A stretch of 64,000 bases of DNA from Octopus sinensis (taxonomy: Eukaryota), in NCBI RefSeq assembly GCF_006345805.1, contig NC_043016.1:23808001-23872000 (forward strand). Reading direction: 5' to 3'. Position 1 is the stretch's first letter. Each line of letters opens with the position of its first letter. Shown here piece by piece: positions 11,684 through 22,738 of the stretch. The notes beneath the pieces were generated by a model. That model was not told the origin of the DNA and did not search any database. It worked only from the letters and a program-made list of their open reading frames with translations. The translations under genes were made by a program, and so were the position numbers.

Positions 11684-12258
11684 TGTATGTATATATGTAT
11701 GTATGTATGTATGTATGTACGTATGTATGTATGTATGTATGTATGTATGTATGCGCATGCATGTATGTATGTATGTATGTATGTATGTATTTGTGTATGT
11801 ATGTATGTATGTATGTATGTATGCAAGAATGTATGTATGTATGCTTGAATATATGTATGTATGTATGCGCATGCATGTATGTATGTATGTATGTATGTAT
11901 GTATGTATTTGTGTATGTATGTATGTATGTATGTATGTATGTATGTATGCGCATGCATGTATGTATGTATGTATGTATGTATGTATGTATGTATGCATGT
12001 ATGTATGTGTGTATGTATGTATGTATGTATGTATGTATGCGCATGCATGTATGTATGTATGCGCATGCATGTATGTATGTATGTATGTATGCGTATGTAT
12101 GTATGTATGTATGTATGTATGCGTATGTATGTATGTATGTATGTATGTATGTATGATGTATGTATGTATGTATGTATGTATGTATGTATGTATGCGTATG
12201 TATGTATGTATGTATGTATGTATGTATGTATGTATGTATGTATGTATGTATGTATGTA
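11580..12258. repeat. ~680-bp (TATG)n microsatellite with tatgcgcatgca variant units
   Basis: Direct reading; gives the MYVC/HTYI pseudo-ORFs. Confidence 0.98.
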
Positions 12259-12589
12259 TAAAAACCTTTACATTCCCACCTTCTAAAATGAATATAAATA
12301 CAATGAAGACATACAATCAACGCATATATTTAAGACATGCATGTACTCTTAGCAGCAGCAGATAAAATAATTTGCTATGTCACCAAAAAATGCAGATTAG
12401 TTGTTTGTCTTGAGAAATTTATGTTCTTAACTAACACATTTTGAGGTTAATGTCCACAAAGATTGAATTTTTTTTTTTATCCCTCCATTGTTATAATTCC
12501 GTCGCCACAGCAAATGTCTTTACTGCTAATTCCTGATTGGTATTCATTACTTGTATATGGGTTAGTGTTATTCCAAGATGCTTGTGTTT

Positions 12590-13000
12590 CTAACGATGAC
12601 AACAAGGAAATGATATACAGGAAGAAAAATAGGATGAATAACGATAAAGGAAAGGTGAAAAGAAATGAAGGAAGGAAGGAAGAATGAAGGCAAAGAAGAA
12701 TAAAAGAAAGACTGAATAAAGAAAATGAAAAAAGAAGGAAAGAAGAAGAAAGAATGAGGCTGAAAGAATAACAATGAATGAATGAATGAATGAATGAGTG
12801 AATGAAACAAATGGAAAAAGGAAGGAAAGAAGAATGAAAGAGAAGAATAAACAATAATAAATGAATGAAAAAGGGAGGAAAGAAAAATGAATGAATAAAG
12901 CAAACAAAAATGGTGAGAAGAAAAAAGGAATAAAGAAAGAATAAAACAAATGAAAAGAAAAAACAGAGGGAAAGGCAAAGAATGAAAGAATGAAAAGAGA
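12590..13000 (+). repeat. Purine-rich (GAAA/GAAT-like) low-complexity tract
   Basis: Almost only A and G with interspersed T over about 400 bp. Confidence 0.9.
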
Positions 13001-13116
13001 AATAACTGCAGCACATTTACCACAACAACAACCCTTGTTGCTAATACCATCAACACCAGCATCAGGCCACTCTCCTTCTTTTTATTTTCTCCTCCTCCTC
13101 CTCTTTCTCCCCTTCT

Positions 13117-13337
13117 ACCACAGAACTGTTGCAGCATCAGACAAAATACTTTGCAGTATTTTTCTCCAGGCACTTTACATTCTGAGTTCAAATTCCACCA
13201 AGGTCAACACTGCCTTTCATTCCTCTGAGGTTAATAGTACAATATACCAGTTAAGTACCGGAGGTGATGTAACAGAATAACTCCACTTTCCTTAAAGGTT
13301 GCCAACTTGTACCCAAATTAGCTAAATTAGAAGTCAC

Positions 13338-13385
<48 letters not shown>

Positions 13386-13460
13386 CATCATTATTATTAT
13401 TATCATTATCATCACTATTATCAGGCCTTGTGCCTTTAAAAGAAAGGATTGTTATTATCA
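13117..13460 (+). mobile_element. Decayed tRNA-derived SINE family B with (ATT)n tail
   Basis: ttctgagttcaaattcc B-box followed by gtcaacactgcctttcattcct; homologous to 35311-35540. Confidence 0.75.
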
Positions 13461-13465
13461 TTATT

Positions 13466-13900
13466 ATTATTGAGTGAGAGAACAGAGCATGCCATTGAAG
13501 TGACACTAGGGTACACATATACAAAGCCTAATATACCCATCATGACTACCTATATGATAAGGGTACACTAGGCACATGCATCACAACCATATGTGCACAA
13601 CATGGTGATCTCATATCAAGATAAACAGCGCATGACCTTACCTTGCAGTTGGAATTTTCTTCAGGTTGAGTAGCCCATCCTGCTCAAAAAATCTTTGAAT
13701 AAGGTTTGTTTAAGGGTGATGAATAAAACCCCTCAGAAATCCTCTCAACACATGGCTATGATGCTCCCCCACTGCTTCTGCTTGAGATCAGAAATGCACT
13801 TATCGTCAACCACTAAGGGTTAAAGTCAAGCAACTGACAAGCAAATCAGTGGTATTGAGCAGAATATTTGCTGTAGCCCATCTTTTATACCAAGACAATC
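13466..13900 (-). mobile_element. Probable non-LTR retroelement 3' region with (AAT)n tail
   Basis: Reverse complement ends ...gcatgctctgttctctcactcaataataataat; family not identifiable from the window. Confidence 0.45.
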
Positions 13901-13925
13901 ATCATCGTCATCGTCATCGTCATCG

Positions 13926-13956
<31 letters not shown>

Positions 13957-14102
13957 TCTTATTCATTTATTTATTTATTTTTCTGTTGTTTCACAGGATT
14001 GGTGTTTTGCTTGGTTTAATAATGATTCTTATCAAACCAGAACAGTTCTTTGTTGATACGAATATATAGGTCCTAACTTGGCTTAACATGTATATAAGTG
14101 TG

Positions 14103-14133
<31 letters not shown>

Positions 14134-14174
14134 CACACACACACACACACACCACACATATATATATATATACA

Positions 14175-14205
<31 letters not shown>

Positions 14206-14629
14206 TTAGGGAGTATATCCAAACTTACAGGGAAAATTAGATTTAGGATTAAATCAAATTCACAGTATAAATATAAATATAAATTAAATTAGAGATAAAA
14301 CCACTATTAGGCAACTCAAACAGTGATAGACATAAACCAAAACATAAACTAAATATAATTAATATAATGTATAATATATATATAAAATATAAAATATAAA
14401 ATTTAAAATATAAAATTTTTAATTTTTAAATTTATATTTAAAATTTTTTTAATTTTTGAACTTTTATTTTTTTTTATATAACTAACCAACAAGTATAAAA
14501 AAGTTAAATATAATAAGTAAAAATTTAAAAGTTTAAAAATTTAAAAATATAAAATTTAAAAATATAAATTTAAAAATTAAAAATTTTAATAATTTAAATT
14601 TTAAATTTCATATTTTATATATATATTAT

Positions 14630-16135
14630 TTTTTTTTCTAGTTTCAGCTCAGAGCTGCGGCCATGCTGATGCACCGCCGTTTTGTGCTACACTGTTATTG
14701 CGACGAACCTCGTCTAATATGTGGCACTTGGTGAAGAATGGAGTTTGATACAGCTACTCTCATTTGCACCTCTTGCCGTGAGGTAGGTTCATCTGGGACT
14801 CTTGACAAAAAGATGTCCAGCTTTGATTTAAAAACCACTACATCTACTTTGTGCAAGTTCCTCAGACTCTTTGGGAGAATATTAAAAAGCTGTTGGCTCT
14901 TGAAACCCAGGCTGTTGCAGAAGCTGGTCCTGAAGTGTGATGGCATTGCTGGGATCTTTGGCACTATGCAGTGTCGTCCTGTTCTAGCATTAGTGTAGAT
15001 TACAATGCCAAAATTTGGCACAATTCCTTCCAGGATCTTCCAGACATATATTACTGCATACCTCTCCCGTCTTCTCTCCAGGGAGTAGAGTCTTAGCTGT
15101 TTCAACCTTTCCCAGTAGCTGAGCTGTTGCAAAGAGACGATCTTCTTTGTGAATCTTCTCAGGATTGCTTCAAGGTCCGCTGTTAATTTTACACTGGTGG
15201 GTGACCATAGCTGTGAGCAGTAATCCAGGTGACTGAGGACGAATGTCCGCCAGAGGACCATCATGGTTTCCTTATCTCTGGTTCTGAATGTTCTTAGGAT
15301 CCACCCAGCCAGTCGTCTGCACTTTGTCGCCATCCTGGTAATGTGCACTTGGAAAGAGGTATCATCACTCATGTCGATACCCAGATCCCTCACAGACTTA
15401 GGCTCTGTGATTGAAATTCCCTGTGGACCGGTGTATCCTGTAAGTTTAATATTCAGTTTTGGATGCTGGTAGTGCAGAGTCTGGAATTTTTCAGCATTAA
15501 ACTGCATATTATTATCCTCAGCCCATCTGTAGATTGAGCCCAATACCTGCTGCAGGTGTGCAACATCGCTGGGGTTCTGTATTTTCTGCGAGACTTTCAT
15601 ATCGTCTGCATAGCTGGCCAGAGTGGCTATCCGGGCATTTGAGGGCATATCTGAGAGGGCCACTATAAAAAGCAGTGGTCCCAAGACAGTGCCCTGTGGA
15701 ACACCGCTCACAATTTGTGTATTCATAGAGGTGGCTCCATTAACCACTACTGCCTGACTCCTATATTTCAGGAAGTCATGCAACCACACTCCAAGTTTTC
15801 CAGCTATGCCGAGGTCACGTAGTTTGTGGCATATCATACCATGATCCACCTTGTCAAAAGCTTTTGCAAAATCAAGGTAGATTACGACCACATTTGATTT
15901 GTTGAGTAACTGCCTCAACACCCAGTCATAATGCTGTAAGAGCTGGGTCAGGCAGCTCCTACCTGGTCGAAAACCATGCTGGGTATTACTCAGCAAGTTA
16001 TTTTCCTCAAGGAATGTGATTAGTTTCTTTCTGACTATCCTTTCCATGACTTTGCTGATGTGTGAAGTCAGAGAGATAGGCCTATAGTTTTTGGCATCTG
16101 CTCTACTTCCCCCTTTATGTATTGGGCACATTATT
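14630..16135 (-). mobile_element. 5'-truncated CR1/L2-group LINE
   Basis: RT ORF followed by a short 3' UTR ggcggtgcatcagcatggccgcagctctgagctgaaactagaaaaaaaa. Confidence 0.92.
14695..16131 (-). CDS. Reverse transcriptase (C-terminal part of ORF2, 478 aa, uninterrupted) of a CR1/L2-group LINE
   Basis: NYRPISLTS, QHGFRPGRSCLTQLL, YLDFAKAFDKVDH, SGVPQGTVLGPLLF, YADD and YSLERRRERY. The listed start is the truncation point, not a true start codon. Confidence 0.93.
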   Translation of the reverse strand: MCPIHKGGSRADAKNYRPISLTSHISKVMERIVRKKLITFLEENNLLSNTQHGFRPGRSCLTQLLQHYDWVLRQLLNKSNVVVIYLDFAKAFDKVDHGMICHKLRDLGIAGKLGVWLHDFLKYRSQAVVVNGATSMNTQIVSGVPQGTVLGPLLFIVALSDMPSNARIATLASYADDMKVSQKIQNPSDVAHLQQVLGSIYRWAEDNNMQFNAEKFQTLHYQHPKLNIKLTGYTGPQGISITEPKSVRDLGIDMSDDTSFQVHITRMATKCRRLAGWILRTFRTRDKETMMVLWRTFVLSHLDYCSQLWSPTSVKLTADLEAILRRFTKKIVSLQQLSYWERLKQLRLYSLERRRERYAVIYVWKILEGIVPNFGIVIYTNARTGRHCIVPKIPAMPSHFRTSFCNSLGFKSQQLFNILPKSLRNLHKVDVVVFKSKLDIFLSRVPDEPTSRQEVQMRVAVSNSILHQVPHIRRGSSQ

Positions 16136-16404
16136 CCCTCCTATAATATTATATATATTATATTAATTATATTTATTTTTTGTTTTTTATGTTTTGGTTT
16201 ATGTCTACCACTGTTTGAGTTGCCTAATAGTGGTTTTATCTCTAATTCAATTTATATATATAAGTGTGTATGTATATATATATAATGTTCTTTTAGAAAG
16301 TCATAAATCCAGAGAAGCACATTTTAAGTAGAGCAGTCTATATTAATTACTGGTGAAGACTGGTTTATAGGGTAACCTTATAAACTGGCCTTCACCAGTA
16401 ATTA

Positions 16405-16475
<71 letters not shown>

Positions 16476-16477
16476 CA

Positions 16478-16640
16478 CATCAGAGTAAGTACATAAATGT
16501 GAAACATGGTGGAAAAAATAGTACTTGAATACCAGAGGTAGAGTAATATTCTTTATCAATAAGGCTGCAAAGACATCTATCTTAACCAAAACTATCCAAC
16601 AAACAGGAACGTGAAACTCTGAGTAACAGTTTTTGTGATG
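16478..16640. mobile_element. Decayed relative of the element at 21-170
   Basis: 16482-16548 is the reverse-complement homolog of about 100-165; gaaactctgagtaacagttttt at 16613 matches 47-68 on the same strand. Confidence 0.7.
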
Positions 16641-16731
16641 TCTTTGCAGCTATATTAGTAAAGTATATATATATACCTATACATACATATACACATATAT
16701 ATATATGTGTGTGTGTGTGTGTATGTATATG

Positions 16732-16765
<34 letters not shown>

Positions 16766-16777
16766 TGTATGTATGTA

Positions 16778-16853
<76 letters not shown>

Positions 16854-16922
16854 TTATATGAGTGAATAGACAAACAAAAGAAGGGCAGTCTCACATTTAT
16901 TGGATTTTATATGTAGAGATTG

Positions 16923-17046
16923 AAATAGTTTGATTCAAACTCTGTGGTACTCTGAGTTTCAAGCGTGATGCTAATCTCCAGCCATCACTGAAGTTTAGCA
17001 CCATGCTTGAAACTCAGAGTACCAAGAAGTATGAATCAAACTATTT
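16923..17046. repeat. Imperfect hairpin with ~52-bp arms
   Basis: aaatagtttgattc...ggtactctgagtttcaagc...gctaa versus ttagca...gcttgaaactcagagtacc...gaatcaaactattt. Confidence 0.85.
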
Positions 17047-18099
17047 TAGTTGTAAGTGAGTATCACATCATACAAGTGGTGTCATTTATTTCAAATCTTC
17101 CATGAAAACATGTCTGGCCATGGGAAACATTGCCTTGCTTGGATACAGGGGAGAGTTGACAACAGGAAGGGCATCAAGCCATAGAAAATCTGCTTCAACA
17201 AGTTCTACCCTACCCATGTCAGCATGAAAAAGTGGATGTTAAATATGTTGATAACAATATAAGTGTATGTTTACACACACCACACTTACACACACATATT
17301 CATACATACAAACATGCATACACATACTGGACACATACCTACACACATATATAGTTATATTTATACGTTTCCATTATACAAGTGTAGCAGATTAGTTTTC
17401 TGCAAATTTATATGTTTTGATATGATTGCTAGAAAACATCTTTCACAAAACATTCATTCTTCTCCATAGAGATAAGTGAATTTTTTACAAATGTCAATCA
17501 GACAACGTAGAGATTTAATTTCTAAAATGTAGATTAAAGAAATAAAAAGGATTGCTGAAACCAATGAGTGAAATATAATGAGTTAGACAGTTACAGTTGT
17601 AAGAGAAAATATTTTTGTAGAGGAAAATTATCTTGATAATTTACATAAATGCAGTCAGTTACCTAAATTTTCAGAAGGATAAATGCAACAAGAAGAAGGG
17701 CAAATGCAACAGAAGAATAAATTAAAAAAGAAAACTGAAAATAATGAAGAGTTAAGATAAAGAAAGAAAAAGACTGTAGAATAGGAAGTGGGGGTTGAAA
17801 GAAGCATAAATAAAGGCCAGAGTTGACATTGTTTGAAGTTAGAGATAGGAAAATTACATGAAATTCAAATGGTCTGTACTGGTTCATTTCAAGTTTAGGG
17901 ATGTGAGGTATGAGATGTAAAAATAATGGAATTAATGTTGCTGTAAATACAGTTATCCTTCAGTTTACATGGTGCTTGGTTTGGGCTGATTTTGTTTCTT
18001 AGTCAATCAATGAGTCCATGGAACACTGAGTATCATTAAGAATATTCATTGAGATTTCAAATAAATTAATTGCATATGTCTATCAAGAACAATTCACAA

Positions 18100-18625
18100 A
18101 CATGTTTGGTAAATGATTTGAAATAATGGATGAGGATAGCTGTATAAAAAAAAAAGTGCTGAGTTCTAATAGTGGAGGGTACCTGTGGAAGGGATAGATC
18201 CAGGAAGACACGAGATGAAGTGATGAGAAAGGATCTTTGGATGCTGGGCTTCACTGAGTAAATGACTAGAGACCAGGAAACGTCATGATTTGATGTACTT
18301 CATAAGACACATCGAGCTAAGTAAAATCGCTGTCTTCTACATATAGAGGCTTGGCCTTTCAGGTGCTGGTGCCACTTAAAAAGCACCGATGCCAGTGCTG
18401 CTTTTACGCACCTGTGCTGGTGCTGCATAAAGGCACTCTTGCTGACGGCATGTAAAAAGCACCCAGCAGACTCTGTTAAGTGGTTAGCGTTAGGAAGGGT
18501 ATCCAGCTGTAGAAACTATGCCACAACAGACAGTTGGAGTCTGGACAGTTCCCTGCTAGTCAGCTCCATGTCAAACCATCCAACTCATGCCGGCATGGAG
18601 AGTGGATGTTAAACAACGATGATGA
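18100..18625 (+). mobile_element. Old RTE LINE 3' end (ORF2 end plus 3' UTR)
   Basis: gagggtacctgtggaagggatagatccaggaagac (EGTCGRxRxRK), then gcatgtaaaaagcacc, gttaggaagggtatcc and a (GAT)n tail. Confidence 0.8.
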
Positions 18626-18765
18626 TACATTATTTACATTTGACAGATATTTGTCTGCATCTTGTTTGTTGTTAACATGTTTCAGCTGATATACCCTCCA
18701 GCCTTCATCAGGTGTCTTGGGGAAATTTTGAACCTGGGTTCTCATTCCTAAGCTATTTTTTAATG

Positions 18766-18807
<42 letters not shown>

Positions 18808-18877
18808 TCATTGCCTAGAATCGAACTCAGAATCTTAGGGTTAGTAGTCTGTGCTCTTAACCATTACACCATATGCC
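18626..18877 (-). mobile_element. tRNA-headed SINE-like element carrying a hammerhead-like motif
   Basis: Minus strand: A box TGGTGTAATGG, B box GAGTTCGATTC, (AAT)n linker, then gacac-CTGATGA-aggctg gagggtatat cagct-GAAA-catgtt. Confidence 0.7.
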
Positions 18878-18885
18878 TGCATGTA

Positions 18886-18921
<36 letters not shown>

Positions 18922-19343
18922 AATAATAAATATTAGGGAATAAATCCAAATTTACAGGGAAAAAATCAGATTTAGGATTAAATCGATTTTATAGTAAAAT
19001 ATTATAAAATATTATTAGAGACAAAACCACTATTTTGCAAAACAAACAAGGAAAGACTTAATCAATACATAAAATTTACATAATTGATGAAGGCTGGAGG
19101 GTATATCAGCTGAAACGTGTTAACAACAAACAAGATGCAGACAAATATCTGTCAAATGTAAATAATGTATCATCATCATTGTTTAACATCCACTCTCCAT
19201 GCCGGCATGAGTTGGATGGTTTGACATGGAGCTGACTAGCAGGGAACTGTCCAGACTATTTATTAAAATTTTATGTATTGATTAAGTCTTTCCTTGTTTG
19301 TTTTGCAAAATAGTGGTTTTGTCTCTAATAATATTTTATATAT

Positions 19344-19379
<36 letters not shown>

Positions 19380-19712
19380 CAACTAACATGTGATATCAAG
19401 ACAAGTAGACAGTAACACCACCAACCAAATATGTGTGCATGTGTACGTATGTATGTATGTATGTTTCTTTGTTTGTCCCCTACCACTGCCGGATAACTGG
19501 TGTTGACTTGTTTGCATCTCCATACCTTAATGGTTTGGCAGAAGAGATAGAATAAGTATCAATCTTCAAAAAAGTAAGTACAGTGGTTGATTTACTTGAT
19601 TAAATCCCTCCAAGGTGACACCCAGCAAGGCTGCAATCCAATGACTGAGAAAAGAAAAAAATAAAAATTCTGTGTGTGTGTGTGTGTGTGAATGTATATA
19701 TATATATATATA

Positions 19713-19748
<36 letters not shown>

Positions 19749-19756
19749 CATATATA

Positions 19757-21023
19757 TTGGGTCATCCCATTGATAATGCATTTTTTAAATACTTCTTTTA
19801 TTTTTCAAAATTAAGATAAACAAAGTACTTTTTTAACCTAAAATATTCTCTGTTTCATTTTCTACAATGTTCTTCCATCTATCTGATAGACTTGCAAAGC
19901 CCCTCTTCCAAAATTCACTTGTCCATGATAAAAAGTACTGTTCTGATCTTGTTTACAGAATTCATATTTTTTTTATGCCCAAATGATTTTGAAGACTGCA
20001 GAATAAATGAAAATCAGATGGGACAACGTCCAGTGAATATGGTGGGTGGGTGGGGCATCATTTCCCATTCAAACTGCTCCAGCCTTTGAATTGTCGACCT
20101 TGCTGTATGTGGCCAAACATTATCCTGATGGAAGAACACCTTTCCTCTTGAAATCAAAGATGGTTGTTTCTCTTCTAGTGCTGTCTTAAGCCACTAAAGT
20201 TGCTCACAGTAGATCTTTGTTATCATTTGGTTTGGGTTTAATAGTTCAAAGTGGACTATACCTTTCATATCCCACCAAACAGATAACAACACCTTATGTG
20301 GGTAAAGATCTTCCTTAGCCTGGGGTGCCAGTGTTTCTCTTTCCCCCACCCACTATCTTCGGCACATGACATTTTAATAGGGAACCCATTTCTTGTCACC
20401 AGTCATTATTCAGTCCAAAAAAAGGTTCATTCACGAGATGTGACCGCAAAGAAGAGCACACATTCACTCTCTGTGCACAATTAGACACAGAAAGTTTGTA
20501 AGGAACCCATTGACCCAATATGCTGATTTTTCGATGGCACACAGGTGTCAATGAATGGTTGAGTGATCAAATCCAAATTTCTCTGCTAGTTTCTCAACAG
20601 TTATGATGGGATTTTGTTCCACCAGATTTTGCAGGATGTCCTCATCGAGTTCTACAGATCTTTTAAGATGAGACTCATCTTTTAGGCAGTAATTTCCAAT
20701 TCAGAATTTCTGGAACCGCTGTTGACACTGGCTTACACTTATTGCCCGATCCCCATTAATATTCCTCACACTTTCTGTTGCATTGTTGCTATTATTGAAC
20801 TCATAAAGCAAAATATGCCAAATATGCTCCTTTGTCACTTTGCATTATAGCTTTGAAAGAATAACTGTTAAAATTGAACTGCACTCTTCAAAACTTGCAC
20901 TAAGAATAAGCACAAGGTAAAATTACTACCTGCTTTTATAGCAAGTTGATGCAGGTAGTAAATCCCATCCCACTCCAACTTTTAGTTCATGCGATTGAAA
21001 AAACTGCATTATTGATGATCCAA
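19757..21023 (-). mobile_element. Degenerate mariner (DD34D-type) element
   Basis: TA|ttgggtcatccc TIR at 19757, damaged TIR near 21005-21023; interior is a reverse-complement homolog of 61292-62517. Confidence 0.88.
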
Positions 21024-21489
21024 TGTGTGTGTGTACTTATATATGTATGTATGTATGTATGTATAAGTTTCAGTTTCCATCTACCAAATCCACTCACAAG
21101 ACTTTGGTCTGCTCGATGCTATAGTAGAAGACACTTCACTTGCTTGAGGTGCCACTCAGTGGAACTGAACCCAGAAACATGTGGTTGGTAAGCAAGCTAC
21201 TTACCACACAGTCACTCCTGTGCCTGTGCCTATAAGGTTAAATAAAATAGAATAAAGTAAAGCAATATTGTTATATTTCAGGATGGTCATTTTTTTTTTT
21301 TGCCAAATAAATACATACACTATATGTTCACTCTTCGCTTATTCATTACTGTTCTTATAAAACAGTAATAAACGAGTGAAGAATGAATATGTAGACAGGG
21401 TGTATTTATTTGGTAAAAAAAAATGTAAGTAGCTATAGGCGTAGGAGTGGCTGTATGGTAAGTGGCTTGCTTACGAACCACATCGTATA

Positions 21490-21815
21490 TATGTATATAT
21501 CCGTTCGTGTCCGCTGCCAGCCTCGCCTGGCCCCCGTGCCGGTGGCACGTAAAAGCACCATCCGTTTGTGTCCGTTGCCAGCCTCGCCTGGCCCCTGTGC
21601 TGGTGGCACGTAAAAGCACCATCCGTTCATGGCCGTTTGCCAGCTCTGTCTGGCACCTGTGCAGGTGGCACGTTAAAAGCACCCACTACACTCACGGAGT
21701 GGTTGGCGTTAGGAAGGGCATCCAGCCGTAGAAACACTGCCAGATCTGACTGGGCCTGATGAAGCCTTCCGGCTTCACAGACCCCAGTTGAACCGTCCAA
21801 CCCATGCTAGCATGG
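21490..21815 (+). mobile_element. RTE 3' UTR copy with about three ~61-bp units
   Basis: ggtggcacgtaaaagcaccatccg units followed by gttaggaagggcatcc; 3' end fused to a SINE B copy. Confidence 0.85.
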
Positions 21816-22100
21816 CAAAGTTGACCTCGGCGGAATTTGAACTCAGAACGTAGCGGCAGATGCAAGTACCTATTTCTTTACTACCCACAAGGGGCTAAAC
21901 ACAGAGAGGACAAACAAGGACAGACAAACGGATTAAGTCGATTACATTGACCCCAGTGCTCAACTGGTACTTATTTAATCGACCTTGAAAGGATGAAAGG
22001 CAAAGTTGACCTCGGCGGAATTTGAACTCAGAACATAGCGGCAAATGAAATAACTGCTAAGCATTTCGACCGTCATGCTAACACTTCTGCCAGCTCACCA
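21816..22100 (-). mobile_element. SINE family B, head-to-tail dimer
   Basis: Two copies of gaactcagaac/gttgacctcggcggaa joined at tacctatttctttactaccc. Confidence 0.8.
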
Positions 22101-22416
22101 CCTTCACCCAGGTCAATTCTCCTAGATCACTTGGGGTGGGGATGGGTAACATCCTATAGGTAAACTTCATTTTTGGCTTGGTTTCCATGGTAGAAATGTC
22201 TTTCCTTAACACCAACCACTTCAACGAATGCACTGGGTGCAATTTTTTTTTTTCTGTGCGTGACATTGGCACTAGAGAAATAGACATGATAAGATAAGAA
22301 AATCTTCACAAGTCTACACATAACAAACACACACACCACACCACACCACACCTCACACACACAAATACATCGTGGGCTAAATATTGTTGGATTCTAAGTA
22401 AGAAGGAATGTAAAAA

Positions 22417-22738
22417 GTAAAGACCCCCTTCGGTCATGAATGACCATGGGATTGCACCTAGAAAGTTACCCCCTGAGGTACAAGTCTGGGCAAGGTTGTT
22501 AATGGAAGACCAGCAGTTGCCCATGCATACCAGCCTCCCCTCTTCATGCTACCAATGTTATCCAAGGGAAAGGCAAAGGCCGATACAACTTGGCAGCAGT
22601 GATGTCGCAACTCATTTCTACAGCTCAGTGAACTGGAGCAACATGAAATAAAGTGTCTTGCTCAAGAACACAACACACAACCCAGTCTGGGAACCGAACT
22701 CACTACATCATAATGCTCAGAATGAGCCATGTGCCTAA
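22417..22738 (-). mobile_element. tRNA-derived SINE family D (alternative tail)
   Basis: ggagcaacatgaaataaagtgtcttgctcaagaacaca is shared with about 27890-28005 and 50100-50225. Confidence 0.7.

Noticed and set aside
11505-12365. Long ORFs (up to 271 aa) of MYVC/HTYI repeats
   Set aside because: Translations of a stop-free (TATG)n microsatellite.
14370-14630. Almost pure A/T stretch with quasi-palindromic runs
   Set aside because: Low-complexity, possibly low-quality consensus sequence; no definable unit.
21755-21785. ctgatga-agcc ttcc ggct resembling a hammerhead 5' core (also near 57382)
   Set aside because: No GAAA or NUH follows, and other RTE copies read ctggtgcagcc here.
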